From Balanoglossus misakiensis (taxonomy: Eukaryota > Animalia > Hemichordata): a stretch of 29,375 bases of DNA. Location of the stretch: positions 10,720,906-10,750,280 of the forward strand of contig CM082577.2 of NCBI GenBank assembly GCA_040954595.2, read 5' to 3'. A program made the position numbers and the translations under genes. Below the pieces are notes generated by a model. It made no database searches. It was not told the origin of the DNA and worked only from the letters and a program-made list of their open reading frames with translations. Numbering within the stretch: the stretch's first letter is position 1; every line of letters begins with the position of its first letter. Positions 1 through 12,110 of this stretch are shown in pieces.

Positions 1-87
1 ACCAAATGACATGTTAGGTATTCGTCATACCAATTTGGACATATGGGCAAAATGTATTATCTGAAAAGTACTTCAAGTTTAAAGTAA

Positions 88-905
<818 letters not shown>

Positions 906-1305
906 AGAGAGATGAGTATTTAATAATGCCATTGTTTCACAAGGATATCAGCTTTCATCAGAAATAGCCATGACTTTTATTACGCTATTTTTCGCAATCA
1001 GTTTATTTGTATATACTATTTTACAAAAGTCTGTTAATCTCGCATCAGAAATGAATGTTCACTTAAGGTTTTCTTTCGAGAGTTGTTTATCACCGTCTTG
1101 GGAGTTCACATGTTTAAAAATTGTACTGAAGATTTTTGTTTGACATTAAAGTAGCCTTTGAAATGAGTTTCGAGTAAAATTGTGGTTTCGTATAATGAAA
1201 ATGTTCACTAAAACTTTTAAGTCTTGAACAGCTGAGTCTGGGCCTATTTACAGCCTGCGTAAAAACAACTGAATACAAATGAATACGGCAAATAAAACTA
1301 AAAGG

Positions 1306-1390
1306 AAAAAAAAAAAAAAAAAAAAAAAAAAAAACAACAACAACAACAACAACAACACAAACACAAACAACAACAACTACTACTACTACA
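1306..1390. repeat. Poly(A) run followed by (CAA)n/(CTA)n simple repeat
   Basis: Direct reading. Confidence 0.95.
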
Positions 1391-2741
1391 ATCTTAAATA
1401 TCAGCTAGCTGTGTATAAATTAACGTCTTTTCGAATCGATTTTACTGTGTAGTTTAAGAAGTTAATGTTTCACTGTTGCTCATTGTTTTTGCCCTGTGAC
1501 ATGATTTATTTAAATAATAACACATGTTAGCGAGGGCAACATCACAATTTGAAGCCTGCACAAGGGATGGTGATCTCTGACCATAATATTGATGATGCCC
1601 GATCGATACGAAATGATATCAATTTATACAAAGTCGGTATTAAGATTGTTGTAGTTTCAAGAAGACAATTCATTCACGATATCCCTATACTACATGAACA
1701 CATATAGCTAAAATTAATTGATACAAATGCTTGGCGAAATAAAATTACACAGCAGGAGATATGTAAATGCTTAAAAGTGAGCATAAACAATTTTAAGTGT
1801 GTCTCGTAAAAATATCTACTGTATCACATTATCTCAATCAAGTGCTCTCATGACAACGAAACATTGGAATGACACATAGAATATACAAGGAAGTCAAAAG
1901 TTTTGATGAAGTTGATCATTAGTGGTGTTGCACACTATATTTTCAATCCCCCAGCAAACAGATTATGTCCAACGTGGAAATGTTGAAATTCCTGTCAACA
2001 TTGCAAACTGTTACGTCGAGCGATGTGAATCGACATCTTTGCCGTTGCAGTGACGTATAGTTAAAAAGATTCATTGCTGATTTACTTACTAACAAGGTAC
2101 CTTTATAGGGTGGATTGATAACAAACAACCAGGATTGTATTATTATAAGTAGTAACTGTTGATTATTGTTTCCTTGGAATTTCTTTACCGTTTTCATTGT
2201 TTCAATTTATAAAGTTGTTGTGGAGGCAGTAACCAGGCCAGGACTCAGATGTTCAAAACTTACAATTTCCGGTAAAACTTTACATCTAAGCAAAATTTCA
2301 TTCAAGACTCATTTCAAAGGCTTTTAACGTACGCAATACTGCATTTGAATATCCCCACACGTGACAGTGCTTTATCAGCTCTTGCCATGTCTGTCTGTTT
2401 AATGATGTTAGGAAACCATAACATATACAGGCTATGTTAACAAGCAGTATGTTGGGTATTTTATTATTTGTAATAGAGAATAGAATAAGAAACTGTCGGT
2501 GAGACACTGTACACAAGACAAAAGTGACGTAGTGAACATAGGGGTATCTTGGCGTAATATGGAACAATAAAATCATCATATTGTCTTCTAAGATGTACCT
2601 GAGTGTTGCATGTTATAGCAGACACTCTTTAAATTTCGGTTTCAGTTAACTGCTATGAATGTGATACAGGTTAATCTTACAATTGGGACAAAAATATTGA
2701 ACAGATGTGTTGATAAAACTAAAAACTTGCTTACCGAGTCT

Positions 2742-2743
<2 letters not shown>

Positions 2744-2797
<54 letters not shown>

Positions 2798-2845
2798 CGA
2801 GAGAGAGAGAGACAGAGAGACAGAGACAGACAGAGTACAGAGAGA
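2744..2845. repeat. (GA)n microsatellite
   Basis: Direct reading. Confidence 0.97.
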
Positions 2846-3256
2846 AAGTTCGGAAAAAGTTTTATTTTTACAAAATATGTTCATATTTTATCAGAACGAA
2901 TCTCTCATTTTAAGACTACTTGGGCATCACATGTCGTTTTTAATTTGGTCAATAAAATGACCTGGCGCATATGCCAACGCACGTGATGCGATTTAGGATT
3001 TCTCAGTGACTACACATTATAAAGGAAATTGCGAACACAGTGTCATTTTATACAAACATATTTTTGACAAATAAATCATTATTAACCTCGAGCGATTAAT
3101 TACAACTGATTCTGTTCCATACTAGACTTATATTAGTAGTGCACAGCGGCATACTGCATTTTAGCAATTTACTGTAGTGTACTGTACTGTGTCGATATCG
3201 CTGGGAATACATATATTTCTTTTATTTTGGGGGGATGCACTTTATCGTCATAATAC

Positions 3257-3457
3257 CTTCGTAATGCTGCACGGCGAGAGCTAAATCGATCCTTCCGATG
3301 TTTTCAAGTACAACAAACAACTCCTTTGTCTTATTCAACCTCACAACATCCCTTTCTGCTAAAGTTTGCAATACATTGTGGGTGGTGGCGATGTGGTTTA
3401 GATCTCCGACTTCAGGATGTCGTTTTCTTATCTCTGTCTTCAATCTCAACAGTTCAT
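3257..3457 (-). CDS. Death effector domain (DED)-containing protein, coding exon 2
   Basis: 201-nt phase1-phase1 exon with acceptor ataatag| and donor G|gtatta. Encodes DELLRLKTEIRKRHPEVGDLNHIATTHNVLQTLAERDVVRLNKTKELFVVLENIGRIDLALAVQHYE, with the DED RxDL motif (GRIDL). Further exons were not resolved. Confidence 0.8.
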
Positions 3458-3720
3458 CTATTATACAATATGACAACACACATCAAATCTCTCGTTATGC
3501 CTCGTGCCATTTCTTCAGACATTAAAATACAGCTGATTATTATTATTGATCTACTACCATTGGTGAATATGCGAATTATTTTCTCAAAATTATAAAATTA
3601 TTCATCATGAGGAAACTTATCATTGCATTTTTTTTATCTAAGTTTGCAAGTTTACAGTCGTTCAATATTTCCTGTTGCTCTACCTACATGTTTTCTGTTA
3701 ATTATTATCATATTTTTTTA

Positions 3721-3859
3721 AAAACTGTACCACCATTACTCCATGCAGATGTAGGCACTGAATTAATATACCCTAAATATGGGTGCTTGTGCAAGTTTTA
3801 ACCAAATAAATAATAAAGCTTTGCCGCAAGCGAATATGGCCGCCACCGTGGGAAAATGC
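3721..3859 (+). mobile_element. Partial copy of the TTAA-flanked element at 11344-11852
   Basis: Near-identical internal text, e.g. TCCATGCAGATG...AAATAATAAAGCTTTGCCGCAAGCGA.TATGGCCGCCACCGTGGGAAAATGC, shared with ~11392-11541. Confidence 0.85.
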
Positions 3860-3928
3860 CGTACCTAAATGTATTCTGTTAATTATCTTAAGTAGAAGAC
3901 ATGCCATTGTGGAATATTCTGCGCATAC

Positions 3929-4007
3929 CTGGTGTTATTTCTTGATGGAGTTTTTCCTTCAGAGCATTCCAATCTCTCTCTGCCCACTCTGGTATCCATG
4001 ACGCCAT
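3929..4007 (-). CDS. DED-containing protein, coding exon 1
   Basis: accATGG Kozak context, MASWIPEWAERDWNALKEKLHQEITP, donor G|gtatgc. Splices in frame to 3457, giving LHQEITPDELLRLK, typical of DED helices 1-2. An acceptor (aaacatag|) lies 9 nt upstream of the ATG. Confidence 0.75.
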
Positions 4008-5060
4008 GGTTATATCCTATGTTTAAAACATACAACGGTTGTGATTAGGAAATACAATTCGCAATGTTATAGCATCGTGTATACATAATGAAAGAATACC
4101 CCTAAATGTTTCCGGGTTGGAGTTCTGTCGTCCGATTAAAATTTGATTGATTCGCAGATTGGAGAATCGCGAGAGGAAACAAACCTATACATTGCGTCAA
4201 GGAAACACCAACATTTGCTAAGTGGTATTGAGTTTTATTTTGTTTTTAAAATGTTACTGGTTCAGGCGTCTCTATCGGCTCTTTACGATTCTCATTTTAA
4301 AATTGTTACATACAGCTTGAGTTTGGTGTTAAGTTATTGTAGAGATTTAAACAATGGAAATTATACTTCCGGTAGTTTTAATCACTGTTTTATGTTTTCT
4401 GAATAACATTGCGTGGAGTATTCATGCTGTTTCCAATAATCAAAAGACCCAAGAAAAGTTAGACACACAGAGGACGTTTACTAATTTTCACCCAATCCAC
4501 CTGCTGGATAAAGACCCGAGTTTCACATTGTAGATTTAAATAAGCCAACCTACCGTGTATCCGAAGGTCCTTTGCGCGAGTGGTCGAATCCAACGTCGAT
4601 CACAATGTGGTCAAGAGTTACTGCCAAATTATTTACACAACGCATCAACAGAATGATAAATGACAGTTCAAGAGACATTATGGATTAACATTCTGAAATT
4701 TCCCCCTTACATCGATGAGTGTTTATAAAATAGTTTTCTCTAAGCTTGACCCCCCCCCCCCCCTTCACCACCGGAATTGTTGCGCTTTCAAAAGAAATGT
4801 CAGAATAAGCACGCACTGTACTGAGCGGCGATTGGTACAGTGTCACCCTGGTAGTTTGGACTTATGCAAATATTAAATTCTGTGACGTCCACACATTTCG
4901 CGTAATGGCCGACATGGCGGTTCTTCACCCCCAATCGTGAACTGTCAGTATACGGTATACGACGTAGCGGGAAAATTGACCTCTTACAAATATAATTAAA
5001 ATTTCTACCTTGAATATAATGTTTACTTCTCAACATTTTTTGTACGAGTGGATTACAGTT

Positions 5061-5830
5061 CAAAATTTTGATTAGGTTTGTCGCGATGAAGGAAATAAAA
5101 ACAAAAACTTACTTCAGATTCTCTGCAGTTCTGTGTCCATGTATGCCAATCCGAGTGACTCAGTGTGTTAGTGGCGACGGCTGGACTTTGGTAAAAATAC
5201 ACACGCTTGTGGCTTCGCTACTAACGCTACGAATAATATGACAAAGCTCTAGGCCTGCAACATTTGACATTGGCCTGAACACTAGCGGAATGCAAATACG
5301 GCTTGATATCACATGTATTTTGGTTGTATTTGACCTCTTACAAATATAATTGAAATTTCTACATGAACTAATTTCCATGGGCGCATAGTCATGACGCAAT
5401 TTGCGCAATTTTATAAACACTACGTCATTTTGACCTGACGGAAATGCTGGCTCAATATAACACTGAAACTATGCCTTGACTTAAATGTGCCGTTTACTTC
5501 TCGCCATATTGTGTACGTTGAGTTGTTTTATCCTTTCAACCCCGTGGACATTCTCGTGCACACACAGTCACAATTTTGATTAGGTATAATATGGTTTATC
5601 GTGATTTAGGAAATTAAAACAAAAACTCACCTGAGATCCTCTGTCCATTGTCCTTGTATGCCTGTTAGAGGCGACGGCTGGACTTTGGTACAAATACACA
5701 CACTTATAGCTCCGCTCGTTACGCTGCTAAATATTATCACAAAGCTGTGGGCCAGTAGCCCTGGACGTTGACCCTAACTCTAGCGGAATGTAACTATAAA
5801 GGCGTGATATCAGTGTACATGTATTTTGAC
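5061..5830. repeat. Tandem duplication, ~270-bp units (~5061-5325 and ~5570-5830)
   Basis: Shared AATTTTGATTAGGT, AAAACAAAAACT.AC, GGCGACGGCTGGACTTTGGTA.AAATACACAC, CTAGCGGAATG, TGATATCA and ACATGTATTTTG. Confidence 0.9.
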
Positions 5831-5978
5831 ATGATTGATTTGTTTTGTTTCACGTAATTCTTTTTTTGACAACCGGAGAGGACATTGTATTTTCTTGGCA
5901 ATTTTATAAAAAAAAATAGTGCATGTTTAATTCTAATGCCAATCAGTTATCTTAAAATAACAAAATACTATTAAAGGC

Positions 5979-6056
5979 CTGATCCGTAATCCTTCTTTCC
6001 AGCGACTTGTCCGTGAAATTGCGCAGGACTTCAAGACCGATCCTCGCTTCCAGAGC
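5979..6056 (+). pseudogene. Histone H3 gene fragment (26 codons)
   Basis: Translates [26 protein letters not shown] versus canonical H3 [26 protein letters not shown] (22/26 identical). In-frame stops lie nearby on both sides; no start codon and no other H3 sequence. Confidence 0.92.
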
Positions 6057-6232
6057 TGGTGGATCAAATTGTTCGTGTGTTCCAGATTATGACGCCATTC
6101 GTTCGAAAGTTGACAACGCGATAGCACTTTCATAGTTACGATCAACCACCACACAACTTTATTTCGTTGCTGTGCATTGCTCATCCATTTCGCAAGAGAG
6201 AAAGTTTTCGCCGCAGTCTGAAAATCCTAACA

Positions 6233-6884
6233 ATGACTGTTATCCGCCTGAGTGGTGGGGCCGAGGACCCCACCGACCTCGAGATTATCGCCCTGGATTC
6301 AGCGTCAGCCGCTGGCCACAATTCTCGGTCGGACATCGACGAGGCGACACCTCCCACGGTGACCGAAGACCTTAGTGGGTGCGTGGACGACGTGAAGACT
6401 GGCACGACCGAGGAAGACTCTACCCGGATTGTGATCACCAAACCAACGCAGAATTTGGGAGAGACAACCGAGGATGGTGATGTACCCAAGGAGACGGCCA
6501 AAAGCAAGAGGCAACGCGGGCGCCAGGGGAAACGGGGAAAGAGAAGCGGGAGAAAGAAGTCCCGAGGAAGTAAGAGGAAGAGCGGGGAGAGCGATTCCAC
6601 CGCTGCTCATCAGGAAAACACCGCAAAGCAGTCGCCGGAAAAGCTGGAATCCACCGACTCCGAGTCGAGCCCGTCATGCTTCGCCGCACTTCGTAAACGT
6701 CTGAACGGGATAAGAGAATGGTTTCTGTTGAGATTCGGTCGCACCGTGTCCATCGGCCCATCCGACTCAACCACCAGTTCCACGTTTCCTCAGATTGGAT
6801 CCAGGAGCGCCTCTGATCTCGTTTTCGGCACTCAGCAATCTTCACTTGATAGTGGCCTTGGAAATAAGGGGAAGTGGTCAGTCG
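6233..6884 (+). CDS. Stathmin-domain-containing (STMND1-like) gene, exon 1 (low-complexity N-terminal region)
   Basis: acaATG start, GC-rich open frame, basic K/R cluster, SSLDSGLG motif, and strong phase-1 donor G|gtaagt at 6884/6885. Confidence 0.7.
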
Positions 6885-7166
6885 GTAAGTTAATAAACTG
6901 TTTTTAACTGAGTAGGACTAACTTTTAATTGTTCTGGTGTGAGAAATGTTCCCGAAAGTTGTTTGTTTATAAACCCAAAGAGCAATGTAAACAACTTTTG
7001 AACATCATTTGCTTCGAATTATCATTCTAATACGTACCAGTGACAGAGTACAATTTATAACTTGCGATTTTTTCGTCGTTTTTTTTGGTAATGTGTTCCA
7101 GAAAAATTTTTTGGAATTGGTTTTGAAATCAACAGGTGTCTACAATTACGATTGTATTTTCTTCAG

Positions 7167-7605
7167 GTAACGAGCCAAACTACAATGGTCGCCTTGATGG
7201 CCACACTTCTAACATCTCAGCCAAGACATCCATCGCCGACGGACGCAGAAGCGTAGCCTATAAACTGGAGTTCGACATCTCCAAGCCGGTGAAAGCGCCA
7301 CCAAGGCACGTCAGTTTTCTGGACAGAAGACCCAACACTCCCCACACCGTCTACACTCTGAACCAGAAGATAAAACAAGCGGAAGAGAGACGGAGGGAGG
7401 CGGAGGAGTACATTAGCGCAAAGGCCGCTCTGATGAGTGCGGGATCACCGCGACCGTGGCAGGTGACGGCGAACAGAGTCAAGTCATGAAGGAGGAGGCC
7501 AAGAAGCAGGAACTGGCAGAAAAGGCGCGCAGGGAATACTGCGAGCTACTCCGGAACAGGATCCGCGAGCAGAAGCGGCTGCAGGGACAAAAGAAGGGGA
7601 AATAA
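7167..7605 (+). CDS. Stathmin-domain-containing gene, exon 2, interrupted by a frameshift near 7481-7489 (possible pseudogene or assembly indel)
   Basis: Acceptor ttttcttcag| in matching phase. SVAYKLEF...PPRH...LNQKIKQAEERRRE resembles stathmin GQAFELIL...IQKKLEAAEERRK. The frame stops at 7489, but the -1 frame continues VMKEEAKKQELAEKARREYCELLRNRIREQKR (stathmin C-terminal helix) to TAA 7603-7605. Confidence 0.7.
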
Positions 7606-8763
7606 GATGACATGTTTAATGACCACGTTCCGAGGTCCGCGAGTGAAGGAGAAGAAGAGCGGCGGGTAGATGATAGAGACAGGACATCTTCGCCAGCCAA
7701 TGGCTTTATTCGGTACGGGCCCGCCTCTCCTTCAAGTCATCAAGGCGGACCAATAGCCAAGCCGGTGCGGACCGTGGAGATATGGGAACTCAGTCAGTCG
7801 GGGTACCGGAGAAAAGAGAACGTGGTCGGTCAAAGGGGTGGTATACTATTGAATGAGTAGGGGGTGGGGGTGGTAATTCTTCTTTTCGCAAAAACATTTC
7901 TTTTTATCCTGAACTGGTGATATATCGAAACAGCAAAGACTTTTCATACTGCCACAGACCGAAAAACCTGGAGGAGCTTGGAACAGGAACAGTCTCAGCT
8001 AAGAACTCTCAATCCATTAGCCGCTGCCTGTGATTGACTACACGTACAATTGACGATAGTTACTTTTAAAGACACATTAGTGTTGTCTATGGGTGCCAGC
8101 AAATCATTGATGATCGCGGGCTGCGTGTGGCACAACCTTATCTGATCTCATCTGATCTGATCTCATCGATCTGATCTCGTCCTAACATTTCGCTTCTAGT
8201 TTTCTTTAATATTGTTTTCCGCTGCTGTTGCAAAATGTTGTTGAAAACTTCCGTTTCACTTTTTTCTGTTTATTCTAGGGAACCGAGACGTCAAATGGTT
8301 TGTTTGTTTCTGATCAAGCGGGGCTATGTCTCCCTGTAAAATAGCGGTGTGACGTTTATGTTGCGGTACCTATTTGCATATACCATCTTTTTCATAGTCG
8401 CTTTCGGATTCTCAGACCAGATCTCAATTAATCTTCGCCCGTTTGTTCGTCTCTGAATGCTCCATATTGTAAATGTACACATTCAAATGGGTCAATAAAA
8501 CAACTATCACCAGATCTGTTTTGTATTCTTTAGGTTCATTTTATATATAAGCTTCATCGATTTTCACGGGAATTACAATTCTTTCTTTCTTTCTTCCTTC
8601 CTTCTTTATTCATTGAATCCTTTATATCAGTCAACATAAATGTTTCATATGTACAAGGACTACATCACAGTGCATCGTTGCCTGTGCTGTGGCAAGAATT
8701 GTGTAACTGACGAAAGAGCCATCTTCGAAAGAGGACAACATAAAATTGTCACTGACCGCCTGC

Positions 8764-9073
8764 GGGCGTGGTTCCCCTGCAAGCGTGTGACGTCACGGTG
8801 TTCGCTGTCATCAGGCTTCTGGCCTGGACACTTCACTTTTACAACATTTTCATTTCCCTCCTACTTTTAAAACTACAATTTTACTTAAGCTTTTGATGAA
8901 ATTTTCCCGCGTATTTCCACGACAGGAGTAAGCGGATACTCGAAAAGCGCGCTCTGACGTGACAATCGACGTTCTGAAGTTCCATAGAGATAATGTCGAG
9001 AAGACAATCACATTTTAATGATCGAAACTTTGAAAGACATCTTCCGTGTGTGATTTTTAAAGGGCACTTCCCG
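8764..9073 (+). promoter_or_regulatory. Putative fascin promoter elements
   Basis: GC box GGGCGTGG 8764-8771, palindromic CRE GTGACGTCAC 8787-8796 and ETS CACTTCCGG 9065-9073 in a CpG-rich stretch upstream of the ATG. Motif matches only. Confidence 0.45.
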
Positions 9074-9294
9074 GTAGGAACCTCGTGTTTTCGCCCGATA
9101 AGGCGTATTTTATTTTCAGATATGAAACAGAAGAGGACACGTAGCAATTTTCCACTCTCTACTATACAAGACACTGCAGAAATTGGTCAGTGGAGAATTT
9201 TATTTTGAGCGGTCCGACTCGGAGCGCAATCGAACGAGGTTACATCGCTCGGGGATTTAACAGTTTGGCAGCGAGGTTTTTCAAAAAGGAAAAC

Positions 9295-10099
9295 ATGTCT
9301 GCCGGTTGTGAGAAACACCTGGTTTTCGGGCTGATCGGCCACAACAAGAAGTACCTGACGCAGGAAAAATTCGGCCTCAAAGTGAACGTGCAGGGGAAGT
9401 CGATGCAGGCCAAACAAAGATGGACCGTCGAGCAGCCGGAAACTGGCGACTTCGTGTTTCTGCGCAGCCACATCGGTCGGTACATGTCGTCGGACGAGAG
9501 AGGCAACGTCCGCTGCGAGGCCCACGTCGCCGGCCCGGGCGAGAAATTCACCATCGAAGTCCAGAGGGACGGGCGGTGGGCCGTCCGCAGCGTGGCCCAC
9601 GGCTACTACTTCGGCGGAACGGACGACACGGTGAGATGCTTCAGCAAGGCGGTCGGTGACGCGGAGCTGTGGACGGCGCAACTCGGCATCCACCCGCAGA
9701 TACACCTGAGGAACGCCAAGAGCAAGCGGTTCGCGAAACTGGAGGACGGCGAACTCAGGGCGACGGAGGACATCCCCTGGGGCAAGGAAGCGATGATCAC
9801 CGTGGGTTTCCAGGACGGGAAACACACCCTGCAAAGTTACGACGGCAGGTACCTAAGAGGTGACGGGCAGATGGTGGAGGATGTCGCGGAGCAGAACGTC
9901 CAGTTCATCCTTGAACTCCGCTCCGGTAACATAGTCTTCAGGGACTGCGAGGGGTGTTACCTGTCGCCGGTCGGGCCGAAGCAGAGTCTGACGAGTCGAA
10001 GTAAGACCGTCGGCAGAAATGAACTGTTTCTCCTGGAAGAGAGCCGTGCTCAGGGCGCGTTCCTGGCACACAGCGGGAAATACGTGTCTTCCAAGCAAG
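9295..10099 (+). CDS. FSCN: Fascin (actin-bundling beta-trefoil protein), exon 1
   Basis: MSAGCEKHLVFGLIGHNKKYLTQEKFGLKVN...FLRSHIGRYMSSD...HGYYFGG...HPQIHLRN...IPWG...GKYVSSKQG are fascin hallmarks; phase-1 donor G|gtgagt. Confidence 0.96.
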
Positions 10100-11343
10100 G
10101 TGAGTGAGGCCTCCACTGAGGATTTACAACATCCACGTACAAAAGCTGATAGTCACATTCCAAACATGACCGAAACAAGCAGAATTTGCTTAAAGTGAAA
10201 GAGATCCGTATTTTAAAAGACTGAAGTTCATTTAAGGATTACCTGTCACCAACAATCATCGCACGAAAAAACGCAACAGAAAAAAGTATTGTTGCCGACA
10301 AATTACTTGACCCTGTTTTTCTTCTTGATACTGAAAACATGAGGTGATAAAAACAAATCACAAATCACAGATATGGACTATGTTTCTAAATGGTTTCCTT
10401 GTCACGGATTTGAAATGTTTTTGTAGTACATTGTAACCTTTTCCCGACGGAGGCTCATTTTCCCCCAACAAACAACCATTTCTACTCGCACTAGGAAATA
10501 AACAGAAATAAAACATTTAAAATCGTCAGTGCCATCGAGAAATCTGCTCTACACGTCCCCTCTCGGTCTTTCCTGCTTCTTAACAACAACTGAAGACAAT
10601 GTTTCTGTAGGGTAGTTGATAAATGTAATGATAAACATGATAAATGGATGATAATTCTGGCGATACATAAATCATCCATTTATCAAATACTCCACATCTT
10701 CGCTAATTCATTCACACGGCAAACGGCAGATCTGCTTTCCGAGGATAAGACCTATCAGGTCTATCTGGTGGAACTAGTTGTCCTGGGTTAAAATAATCGT
10801 AATATTTTAGCACAAACCACGACCTTCCGTATATTTAACTTGCAGTAACCCATAGGCGATTGTGTTTCAAGTTTCAATGTGGCGGCGAATTACGTCACGG
10901 AAGTTTTCCCGGAGTCACGTGACACCACATTCTATCGTTCATAAACCTGATTGGTCAACGTGCAAAGTTTGCAGCACAGACTTAGCACTAGAATCATTCC
11001 ATGCAAAATATGTTTCTTATACCTCTTCAGTCACTCCAACGGGAAAACACGGGAAATTTGAGTGGTCGTTTTTCTTGAAAGCAAGTATCCTTAAATAAAT
11101 ATTATGTATACACTTTAGTTTTGAAAAGGAACCATCACATTCTGGTTGAATGTTCTCATAAAAAAACTTGTTCAGTGCGAGATTATTCAGACATTTAGAA
11201 GATCTATAAAAGAAATTTCTTGAACACCTCCTGAGTTTTCATTGTTTCAAAGCCTTCAGGTGATTGCAGGTGTTCCATGGTGTTTATGCTTTCTCAAAAG
11301 TTGACGAATTCTGTAACTCAACGCTTCTGGTTGGTACACTTAA

Positions 11344-11852
11344 AGGCACGTAAGCTGTAACTTTTGGGATAATTTTCATAATTTTTGTTTCAAACTGCAC
11401 TACCATTAGTCCATGCAGATGAAGGCAGTGAACAATACACAAGCATTATAAACCCTAAATATGAGTGCATATGCAAGTTTTAACCAGATAAATAATAAAG
11501 CTTTGCCGCAAGCGATTATGGCCGCCACCGTGGGAAAATGCAAGAAACAATGAAAATGTTGCATTTCCGCTTGTGAAACTTCATAAACAAAACATGATCT
11601 CATCCACTTGAGCTCATGGAAGTAAATGTACACCACTGAGACATCAGATTTTCATTTTTCATTGCAATATTGCACTTTTTTTAAAATTGCAGGAATTTTC
11701 GTTTTTCTTTAATTTTTGGCCATTTTGTCATAAATAAGTGTTGAGCTTGATTTATTATCATGAAATAGCATTTAATAGACATAATTAAAAGCATATATGA
11801 GATTATTTAAAACTTTAATTTTTTACCCAGTTGCAGCTTTGTAAACGTGCCT
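11344..11852. mobile_element. Non-autonomous DNA transposon (Kolobok/T2-like MITE) in fascin intron 1
   Basis: TTAA|AGGCACGT ... ACGTGCCT|TTAA, with the imperfect TIR extending through AAGCTG.AAC. A partial second copy lies at 3721-3859. Confidence 0.85.
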
Positions 11853-12110
11853 TTAAAGAGGAAGATAATGAATTTAATAATTTAATTTATCGCAATACTC
11901 CCACGCAACCACTACTCCCTTGGGTCGATAATGACGGTTGAATTCTAGTGAACAAACTTGGTTTGGAAGTTTCGGAAGATTTGTAAAAATCTCTTGTCAG
12001 CTATGATCCAAAAAGAGACCAGTTATCCCCGGGATCTGAGACGAACCAGCACGCCCTCAACGACAAAACGAGATTTTCTGACACAATATTTTTTTCACGT
12101 TTTGCATTAG

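Noticed and set aside
6172-6845. Overlapping alternative-frame and antisense ORFs over the stathmin-like exon
   Set aside because: Shadow ORFs of a GC-rich coding exon.
7470-7495. Programmed -1 ribosomal frameshift
   Set aside because: No X XXY YYZ slippery sequence; mutation or assembly error is simpler.
8140-8180. Short (TCTGA/TCTCA)n repeat
   Set aside because: Low-complexity slippage in a probable 3' UTR; no further structure.
9190-9294. GTG-initiated N-terminal extension of fascin
   Set aside because: Bacterial-style start from the ORF caller; fascin similarity begins after aacATG at 9295.
9187-9834. 215-aa antisense ORF
   Set aside because: Expected by-product of strong codon bias in fascin exon 1.
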